Below are positions 56,825-64,000 of a stretch of DNA of 64,000 nucleotides, piece after piece. The first letter of the stretch is position 1. Every line of letters begins with the position of its first letter. The stretch covers positions 3,838 to 67,837 of the forward strand of contig NZ_JACDDV010000003.1 in NCBI RefSeq assembly GCF_013816785.1. The letters are read 5' to 3'. A program made the position numbers and the translations under genes. The stretch is from Sphingomonas sp. Lineage in GTDB: Bacteria; Pseudomonadota; Alphaproteobacteria; Sphingomonadales; Sphingomonadaceae. A model generated the notes under the pieces. That model did no database searches, had not been told where the DNA came from, and saw only the letters and a list, made by a program, of their open reading frames with translations.

Positions 56825-58306
56825 ATGTCATCGAAACCGACAGCCTGGCTCCCGGCTATCCTTGGTCTGGCTCTCGGCCTTGCTTCGCCGGCCGCCGGTC
56901 GAGAGGCGCCCCGACAGCTCGGGCTCAAACAGCGAGTAGAATTGATTCTCGCCGAAGCAGGCCCCGGGACACGCTTCGGACTGGTGGTCGCAACGGCGGA
57001 CGGCACGGAGCTGGTCGCCATTGCCCCCGACGCACGCTTCATGCCGGCGTCGAATACCAAGATCTTCACCACCGCGGCGGCCTTCGAAACACTCACCGGA
57101 CTCGATAAGCCTGACGTTGAAGGCGGCACGACGGTCCGGCTCGAGCGCAACGGACGAAGCGTTCCGGACGTGATTCTCGAAGGGCGCGGTGACGCACGTC
57201 TGTCGAGCGCTCCCGGCTGCCTGACCGACTGTCTGGCGAGCCTGGCCGACGCGGTGGCCGCGAAGACTCGGGTCGTGCGTGACGTGGTCGGAGACGATCG
57301 CCTCTTTCCCGATGAGCGGTGGAGTCCGGGGATGAGCTGGAACAACATCCCGACGAGTTCCGGCACCGCAATTTCCGCGCTGACTCTCGACGATAACGAA
57401 CTCGCGCTGCGCGTCACGCCTGGCGCCCTCGGACAGCCACCGAAGTTCGAAATCGCTTCTTATTACTCGGTTGAAAACCGGGCGATCACCGTGCCGGAGG
57501 GTAAGACCCAACTCAGCTTCGAGCGACTGCCGGGCGGCACCGTCGTACGCCTGATCGGCACAATTGCGGTCGACGCCGAACCTGAACTTCTTTCCCTCGG
57601 GCTCGACGAGCCGGCGCACTACGCGGCGTGGCGCTTCAGGGGCTTGCTCCAGGAGCGCGGTGTTCGCGTTACCGGTAATGTTACCGCCAGGCATCGGCCA
57701 AGTGCGGCGCCCGGTGGTCCGGTCATCCGCGACATCGCGCCACGCCCGGCTTCCGCCGGCGGCGAAGTCCTTGCCCGGCTGGCGCCACGGCCGCTCGCCG
57801 AGGATCTCAGGCTGATCAACAAGGTCAGTCAGAATGTTCACGCAGAACTGATTCTCCGGCGGGTCGCCAATCGCCGCGGCAGCGGCTCGATTGCCGACGG
57901 AATCGCCGAAGTGCGCGCGATGCTCGAGCGGGCTGGCGTGCCGCGCTCGGCCTACGATCTTTCAGACGGATCGGGGATGTCGACCTACAATCGGGTCGCT
58001 CCGCGCGGAATGGTCAAGCTACTGCGCTGGATCGCCGCTCAGCCTTGGGGGGCCAGCTGGCGCTCCACGCTTCCCGTCGCCGGCGTCGATGGAACGCTCG
58101 CCAAGCGATTCCGCGGCACTCTTCTTCAGGGCCGCCTGTTTGCCAAGACAGGATCCCTTAACGCCACCGCTGCGCTATCCGGCTACCTGATCGCCAAAAG
58201 CGGCCGCACCTTGCTGTTCTCGGCCTATGCCAACGATGTCCCCGAGGACGTCAGCGCGACTAAGCCTATGGACGCCGCATTGCAGCTGATCGCACAGGAA
58301 AATTAG
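56825..58306 (+). CDS. dacB: D-alanyl-D-alanine carboxypeptidase/endopeptidase (PBP4, peptidase S13)
   Basis: Signal peptide, SxxK as PASNTKIF, ...KVSQNVHAE..., ...AKTGSL (KTG box). Confidence 0.9.
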   Translation: MSSKPTAWLPAILGLALGLASPAAGREAPRQLGLKQRVELILAEAGPGTRFGLVVATADGTELVAIAPDARFMPASNTKIFTTAAAFETLTGLDKPDVEGGTTVRLERNGRSVPDVILEGRGDARLSSAPGCLTDCLASLADAVAAKTRVVRDVVGDDRLFPDERWSPGMSWNNIPTSSGTAISALTLDDNELALRVTPGALGQPPKFEIASYYSVENRAITVPEGKTQLSFERLPGGTVVRLIGTIAVDAEPELLSLGLDEPAHYAAWRFRGLLQERGVRVTGNVTARHRPSAAPGGPVIRDIAPRPASAGGEVLARLAPRPLAEDLRLINKVSQNVHAELILRRVANRRGSGSIADGIAEVRAMLERAGVPRSAYDLSDGSGMSTYNRVAPRGMVKLLRWIAAQPWGASWRSTLPVAGVDGTLAKRFRGTLLQGRLFAKTGSLNATAALSGYLIAKSGRTLLFSAYANDVPEDVSATKPMDAALQLIAQEN

Positions 58307-58527
58307 CCGTTCATAGCGGAAACGGCGAAGCCCGCACACGCCGGAGCGGTGGCGGCCCTTGAAGCATGATCGGTGCCGTAACTGTGGCGCACACAACACG
58401 ATTACGGCGTCGCAACGAAAAGATGCCGACAGGTTATAGCTCCCGGAATGAAAACTATGGCGTTTTGTGACGCTTTTGTTCCTTAATGCCCGGGCTGTGC
58501 GCCACATGCGCACTGGGGGGACTTGCC

Positions 58528-61482
58528 ATGCTTTGTGCTAAATCGCTCAAACGCGCCCTGGTTTCGGGAACTGCTCTTGCAGCCGTCACCGGCGCCGTCG
58601 CAGTTCCGGCATACGCGCAGGTCAGCGTCAGAGACACGACGCCTCCAGCGGCGACCCCGACGACAGCCGCCACGCCGGACGAGGACAAAGAAATCATCGT
58701 CACCGGATCGCGGATCAAGCGCGACCCGAACGAGAGCGCGCTGCCGCTGCAGATCATCACCACCCAGGAACTCGAGCGCAACGGGATCAGCAATCCCGAG
58801 CAGCTGGTCGCTTTTCTTCCGACCAACGGCTCGGGGGCCGACAACCTCGCGAGCAACTCCGACATTGTCGCTGGCCAGCAGCGCGGCAACAATGGCGCGT
58901 CATTCGCCAATTTGCGCGGCCAGGGCTCGGGCGCGACGCTGGTTCTGCTCAACGGCCGGCGGGTCGCCGCCCACGGCCTCCAGGGCTCAGCGGTCGACGT
59001 CAACCAGATCCCGTTCGCCGCGGTCGAGCGGGTCGAAGTGTTGAAGGAAGGCGCGTCGGCGATCTACGGAACCGACGCGATCGGCGGGGTGATCAACTTC
59101 ATCCTCCGCAAGGATTATGAAGGCCTTGGAATCCAAGGCTTCACCGACTTCACCCAGCGCGGCGACCATACGATCTACCGGACCTCGGCGATCGCCGGCT
59201 ACGGCAAGCTTTCCGACCAGGGCTTCAACGTCATGGCGGCGGTCAGCTATAGCGATATCCCGGAGCTTCGCGGCGACCAGCGCAAATTCGTCGACACTTT
59301 TCAGCCCGAACGCGGCCTGTCGGTAGACACGCGGGGCACCCCGCATGCGACGCTGATCAGGTTGGCCGGAACCTTCTTCCCGAGTAACGGCTCCTTTCCG
59401 TTTATTCCGGGCACGACCACTCGAACCAGCGGCGGAATCAACGTCCTCGATCTGCCCGGCGGCGAAGGCTGCACTTCGGTCCCCGGTATGGACGCCTACG
59501 ATACCCGGCTGTGGGAGTTCCCGGAGGCCGAGTTCGCCTGCGCCTGGGACACCGGCCGCGCGGCTGTGCTCCAGCAGCCGCTCAAGACCCTGACCTGGCT
59601 CGGCCGCGGTGTCGTCCGGCTGGGAAACCACGAGATTTCGGCCGAGGCCACCGGTTCCGACGCGACCGCGAGCAAGCGTTTCTCGAACCTTCAGATCACT
59701 CCCAACACCACTACCCAGCGCTATGGCTATCCGGTCGGAGCGCCAAATTACGACGCGATCTACAACCGGCTGATCGCCGCTTTTCCCGAGCTTGCGACCC
59801 GGCCGAAGGCGCCCTTCGCCTATCGCTGGCGGTGCATCGAGTGCGGGCGCCGCGAGATCTCCACCGATACCAAGACCAAGCGCTTCGCGCTCGGCGCCGA
59901 CGGCCCGCTGTTTGCCGGCTGGGACTATCGCGCCGGCGCGTCCTACGCCTCGAGCGAATCCCAATCTGAACTTGGCTCCGGCTATTATTTCCGGGGCACG
60001 ACCAGCACCGGCGCGCCCGACCCCAATGTGCCGATCGCGCCTGGGGCGACGCTTCCGGGGATCATCGGCCTGCTCAATACCGGGATCATCAACCCGTTCC
60101 TGCTCCCCGGCCAGGCCCAGTCGCAGCAGGCGCTCGACGCGCTTGCCGCGGTCTCGGCCGAAGGAACCATTCTCTATGGCGGCAAATATTCAGTCACCCA
60201 GCTTGACGGATCGGTGTCGGGGCCGCTGTTCCGGCTGCCCGGCGGCCGGGTCAGGGCGGCACTCGGGGTCGATCACCGCAAGGAGAAATACCGGTTCAAC
60301 GGCGACCCCCGCGAAGCCGCGGCCCAGCCCGTGATCATCGCCGCACCGTTCGACAACGAGAATGCGCTGAAAGGCGCGTCGCGGACGATCAAGGCGGTCT
60401 ATGGCGAAATCCTGTTCCCGATTCTCGACTCTCTCGAGGTCACGCTCGCCGGACGGGTCGATGATTATTCGGACGTCGGAAGCACCACCAATCCGATGGC
60501 CTCGTTTAAATTCCGGCCGATCCGGCCGCTGATGCTGCGCGGCAATTACAACACCGGCTTTAGGGTTCCTAGCTTCAACCAGATTTTCAACGGCCGACAG
60601 GAATCCGATTTCGCCGGTCGTGACCTCGCCGATCCGGCAAAATGCCCGGGCGGTGTGCCCAACACGACCGATCCGGGATGCGCCTCGCTCGACCGTCAGA
60701 TCGACATCATCAACGGTGGCAACCCGAACCTCAGGCCTGAGACCGCGAAGCTGGCGAGCCTCGGCGTGGTCTTCCAGCCGCTGCGCGACTTCAGCGCCTC
60801 GGTCGACTGGTGGGTGATCAATCGCGATAACAACATCCAGGTGCTGAGCCTTCGACAGCTGGTCGACAATTTCGAACTGTTCCAGGACCGCTTCATCCGC
60901 GATTCGAGCGGCACTCTGCTCGCCATCGACCAGACTTGGATCAATGCCGGCGCTTCGAAAACGCAAGGACTCGAAATCGCCCTTCGCGGCGGCGGTCGGC
61001 TGCTGGGCGGGCGCCTGACGGGCGGCCTCGACGGCACTTATCTGTTGAAGAAGAAGGAACAGCTGGTCGACGGCGGCGCGTTCGAAAACCGCCGCGGAGT
61101 CTTCTCCTTCTCGGGCGACCTCGGCCTTAAGTGGAAGCACAATGCGTTCGTCAGCTTCAACCGCGAGCCCTGGACCTTCACCTTCACCCAGATCTTCCGC
61201 TCGAGCTACAAGAACCATCAATTGCCTGGAGTCGAAAACGGCTCCGTCGACCCGCCGAACGACATCGATCGGGTAGCCAAATATGTGACCTACAATCTTA
61301 GCGGGTCGGTCGACATCAACAAGCGGATGCGGATGACCGCGGGAATCAAGAATCTGTTCGACAAGGACCCGCCGTTCGCGATCACCTATGACACCAATTT
61401 CGGCAGCGGCAGCTCGTGGGAGCCGCGCGTCGCCGATCCGCGCGGCCGCTCGTTCACGATGAACGTGGACGTGAAGTTCTGA
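58528..61482 (+). CDS. TonB-dependent outer-membrane receptor
   Basis: Signal peptide ending AYAQ, TonB box EIIVTGSRI, plug domain, about 22-strand barrel, terminal ...MNVDVKF. Confidence 0.95.
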   Translation: MLCAKSLKRALVSGTALAAVTGAVAVPAYAQVSVRDTTPPAATPTTAATPDEDKEIIVTGSRIKRDPNESALPLQIITTQELERNGISNPEQLVAFLPTNGSGADNLASNSDIVAGQQRGNNGASFANLRGQGSGATLVLLNGRRVAAHGLQGSAVDVNQIPFAAVERVEVLKEGASAIYGTDAIGGVINFILRKDYEGLGIQGFTDFTQRGDHTIYRTSAIAGYGKLSDQGFNVMAAVSYSDIPELRGDQRKFVDTFQPERGLSVDTRGTPHATLIRLAGTFFPSNGSFPFIPGTTTRTSGGINVLDLPGGEGCTSVPGMDAYDTRLWEFPEAEFACAWDTGRAAVLQQPLKTLTWLGRGVVRLGNHEISAEATGSDATASKRFSNLQITPNTTTQRYGYPVGAPNYDAIYNRLIAAFPELATRPKAPFAYRWRCIECGRREISTDTKTKRFALGADGPLFAGWDYRAGASYASSESQSELGSGYYFRGTTSTGAPDPNVPIAPGATLPGIIGLLNTGIINPFLLPGQAQSQQALDALAAVSAEGTILYGGKYSVTQLDGSVSGPLFRLPGGRVRAALGVDHRKEKYRFNGDPREAAAQPVIIAAPFDNENALKGASRTIKAVYGEILFPILDSLEVTLAGRVDDYSDVGSTTNPMASFKFRPIRPLMLRGNYNTGFRVPSFNQIFNGRQESDFAGRDLADPAKCPGGVPNTTDPGCASLDRQIDIINGGNPNLRPETAKLASLGVVFQPLRDFSASVDWWVINRDNNIQVLSLRQLVDNFELFQDRFIRDSSGTLLAIDQTWINAGASKTQGLEIALRGGGRLLGGRLTGGLDGTYLLKKKEQLVDGGAFENRRGVFSFSGDLGLKWKHNAFVSFNREPWTFTFTQIFRSSYKNHQLPGVENGSVDPPNDIDRVAKYVTYNLSGSVDINKRMRMTAGIKNLFDKDPPFAITYDTNFGSGSSWEPRVADPRGRSFTMNVDVKF

Positions 61483-61493
61483 GGCCGTCCTGA

Positions 61494-62699
61494 CTAACGC
61501 CGAAGCAGCTCGAGAGAGCGGGTCAGCGCCGCTTCTTCCGCCGTCCGATAGGCGCTGCGCCCGCGCGGCGGGCTTTCGGCAAGGCCAGTGACAAAATAAG
61601 CGACGCCGGTCCGGCTGGCACGGTCGATCCACAACCCGGATCGCAACCCGTAAGCGTCCCCGGAATGACCCACCCGACCGATTCCGTCGCCAGCCGGATC
61701 ATCGTTGCAGCCCGGCATCCGGGCCGGCATTTGCTGGCTGGCGAGCCCGTAGCTACAATAATAACCATGGTCAGTATCGCCGTTGCTGCCGTTGAAACGC
61801 CACGCCGGCGAGAGCAACGTGTCTACCGACTGGGGCGAGAGGATGCGCACTCCGTCCAGCGTGCCGCCGTTGAGCAGCATTCGCCCGGCCCGAGCCAATC
61901 CGCGGGCCGAGATTCGGAGCCCGCCCTGGGGAGCGAACAAAGCTCCATTCTCGCCGGCTCGCCATCTCGACAGATCGCAGCTTCCATCCTCGCCAGGAAC
62001 CGCCGGACATTCTGGCCGCTTCCCGCCAAGGTCGTCGCGCACCGTTTTGCCGTCCTGCATCAGGACCACCGCGCGCGCGATCGCCTCGTCGCTGCAGCCG
62101 GACCAGTTCAAGCACGCATCAAGCCGCATCGGCGCGAGCACCTCGGCCCGCATCCACCGGTCAAAGCGTTCGCCGGTGATGCGCTCGACCAGCGACGCGA
62201 GGATCGGGAAGTTCAAATTCGAATAGGTGAAATAGCCGCCGGGCGGATGGCGATCGTCCCACACCTTTGCGTCCGCCACGGAGCCCTCGATCGAGGCGCC
62301 GAGCGGAATCGCCCAATAGTCGATCCCGTCGCGAACGCTCGACGTGTGCGACAATAACATGCGCGCGCTAATCGGCCGGGCGGGGAAGGCCGGATTGCGC
62401 AACCGCCACCCGAGCTTGGCCGAGACATCGCTGTCGAGATCGAGCCGGCCTTGCTCGACCAGACGCATGATGCCGATGGCGACGAACAGCTTGGTAATCG
62501 AGGCGACGCGCGCTGGATCGTCCGGGGTGATTGCGCGGCTGCTTTGCGGATCTGCCAACCCGTCTGCGAAGCTGCCGACCTCGCCGCCTTGGTCGAAGGC
62601 AACTCCGACCTGCGCCACGGGCGGAGCATCGTCATGCGTCTGATCCCGAATCGTGGCGCAGCCGGACAGCATGGAAAGCAAAGCTATGGTGAGGCGCAT
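61494..62699 (-). CDS. beta-lactamase-fold serine hydrolase (class C / DD-peptidase-like), lipoprotein
   Basis: Lipobox LSGC, SxxK as SITK, YSN motif. 401 aa. Confidence 0.85.
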   Translation of the reverse strand: MRLTIALLSMLSGCATIRDQTHDDAPPVAQVGVAFDQGGEVGSFADGLADPQSSRAITPDDPARVASITKLFVAIGIMRLVEQGRLDLDSDVSAKLGWRLRNPAFPARPISARMLLSHTSSVRDGIDYWAIPLGASIEGSVADAKVWDDRHPPGGYFTYSNLNFPILASLVERITGERFDRWMRAEVLAPMRLDACLNWSGCSDEAIARAVVLMQDGKTVRDDLGGKRPECPAVPGEDGSCDLSRWRAGENGALFAPQGGLRISARGLARAGRMLLNGGTLDGVRILSPQSVDTLLSPAWRFNGSNGDTDHGYYCSYGLASQQMPARMPGCNDDPAGDGIGRVGHSGDAYGLRSGLWIDRASRTGVAYFVTGLAESPPRGRSAYRTAEEAALTRSLELLRR

Positions 62700-62797
62700 T
62701 TCCGGTTCTCAAACCCCTCGCAAAAATTCGAACGCGACAACTGCCAACTGATCGCCCGCGACCGCGGTGGCAATTCAATACCGTTGGAAGACGAAAG

Positions 62798-64000
62798 CTA
62801 GCGCGGCCTTCTCTCCTTCGCGAGCCTGCTCATCAAAATCGCGGCGCGCTTGGCCTGGAGATAGATCGATCCGATGTCGACCTTCTCGCGGGGGGAATGC
62901 GAGCCACTCCCGGCAGGGCCGAGTCCGACGAGCCCGTCGACGTCCTTGGCGACGAAACTAATGTCGGCGGCGCCACGCCGAACCGGGTCGAGCTCGCCCA
63001 TTTCCGGCAAGTTCATGTCGCGATTGACTTGGTTCAGGCGGTTGAGCAGCGCGCGACTGCCCTCGGTGGGGGCCATGGGCGGATAGCCGTCGGGAGCGAA
63101 TTTGATTTCCGCCGTCGCGCCGATCAGCGGCTGAGCGACGATGGCGCGCATCTTCGCCTGGGCGCGGGCGATCTGCTCGGGGCTGATCCCGCGCATGTCG
63201 CCGCGAGCGATTGCGGTTCCGGCAATGACGTTGGTCTTGCCGGTCGCGGCAATGCGCAGATTGTCCCCGGTGAGCTCGGCCGAGGTGCCACCGCCGATCA
63301 GCCCGACGTTGAAGGTCAGCTTGTCCTCGGTGAGATCGCGGCGGAATGTGTCGATGATTCGCGCCAGCTCGTAGATTGCTCCCGAGCCGGCGCTGGGCGA
63401 GAAGATCCCGCTGGAATGGCCGCTTCGCGCCGCTACCACGAGGGTCCACTCGTCCGAACTGCGCCGCGCGATCGAGCCCATGTCGCGTCCGTCGACTTGG
63501 GCCAAAGCTTCGAAATCGAGCGCGACATCCGCCCATTTGCCGGCCGCGATCAGATCGCGCCGAGCGATTTCAAGCGGCCCGGCATCCTCTTCATCGCCGC
63601 TCATAAACACGGTCATGTCCGCGTTTTTCAACGTTCCGGCTGCCTTCATGGCACGCACCGCGGCTACGATCACCGCCATCCCGCCCTTATCGTCGCCGGC
63701 GCCTGGGCCGAGGCCTAAATTTCCTTCCCGGCTCCACCGCTGGAACGGGGAGTCGGGTTCGAATACCGTGTCGAGATGGCCGATCAGCAGCAAGCGCTTG
63801 CCGCGGCCGTTGCCCTTGTGACGAGCGACGATATGGCCGGCGCGGTTAGCTGTGCTGATGTCGATCCAATCAACCTTGAAGCCGAGCGGCTCGAGTTCGA
63901 CGCGAAGCATGTCCCCAACCGCCTTCACGCCGGCAAAGTTCATGGTCCCGCTATTCTGATTGACCCACTTCTCGAGCATTGCGACCGTGCGCTCCTGCTC
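62798..64000 (-). CDS. M20 family metallopeptidase, carboxypeptidase G2-like (5' end outside window)
   Basis: ...LLIGHLDTVF...GPGAGDDKGG... is collinear with CPG2-type glutamate carboxypeptidases. The ORF is open past 63979 to the window edge. Confidence 0.85.
   Translation of the reverse strand, partial: EQERTVAMLEKWVNQNSGTMNFAGVKAVGDMLRVELEPLGFKVDWIDISTANRAGHIVARHKGNGRGKRLLLIGHLDTVFEPDSPFQRWSREGNLGLGPGAGDDKGGMAVIVAAVRAMKAAGTLKNADMTVFMSGDEEDAGPLEIARRDLIAAGKWADVALDFEALAQVDGRDMGSIARRSSDEWTLVVAARSGHSSGIFSPSAGSGAIYELARIIDTFRRDLTEDKLTFNVGLIGGGTSAELTGDNLRIAATGKTNVIAGTAIARGDMRGISPEQIARAQAKMRAIVAQPLIGATAEIKFAPDGYPPMAPTEGSRALLNRLNQVNRDMNLPEMGELDPVRRGAADISFVAKDVDGLVGLGPAGSGSHSPREKVDIGSIYLQAKRAAILMSRLAKERRPR

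Noticed and set aside
58307-58527. Possible riboswitch upstream of the TonB-dependent receptor
   Set aside because: I looked for a cobalamin B12 box and the TPP CUGAGA core and recognised neither. A covariance-model scan is needed before making any claim.
60190-61632. 480-aa minus-strand ORF
   Set aside because: It is antisense to the TonB-dependent receptor and overlaps the real minus-strand hydrolase gene in another frame. No motifs were found.

Overview
This is a high-GC alphaproteobacterial chromosome segment. Gene content and repeat families look Sphingomonadales-like, but I cannot verify the taxon here. It holds about 60 protein genes and one tRNA. I found no rRNA, no CRISPR array and no intact transposase. 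All calls come from reading the supplied translations, motifs and the raw sequence; no database search or computation was run.

- **1-40 kb:** mostly core housekeeping (serA 3' part, purA, fabI, pdxH, mnmA, murA, clpS, gmk, phaC, glpX, recJ). Interspersed are an RND efflux pair, small stress-membrane proteins, REP-like palindromes and a four-gene lipid operon at 6.7-9.4 kb in which every junction is an ATGA overlap.
- **Island at 40-48 kb:** tRNA-Glu(UUC) at 40004-40078 is the attachment site of an ~8.3 kb island, bounded by 16-bp direct repeats at 40064-40079 and 48349-48364. It carries a cusCBA-type Cu/Ag RND efflux operon headed by an unassigned Cys/Met-rich exported mini-protein. It ends in a frameshifted, truncated tyrosine integrase.
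- **48.5-64 kb (most interesting region):** a coherent locus just beyond the island.
  - Exported peptidoglycan peptidases: a Tat-leader LD-carboxypeptidase, PBP4/DacB, a lipoprotein beta-lactamase-fold hydrolase, a lipoprotein D-aminoacylase and a CPG2-like M20 peptidase.
  - Transport: a TonB-dependent receptor and a DAACS transporter.
  - Cytoplasmic D-Glu and meso-DAP converting enzymes: DUF1611 plus an enolase-type epimerase, and LysA.
  - A LysR-type regulator.
  
  I interpret this as a candidate TonB-dependent peptidoglycan stem-peptide / D-amino-acid scavenging system.
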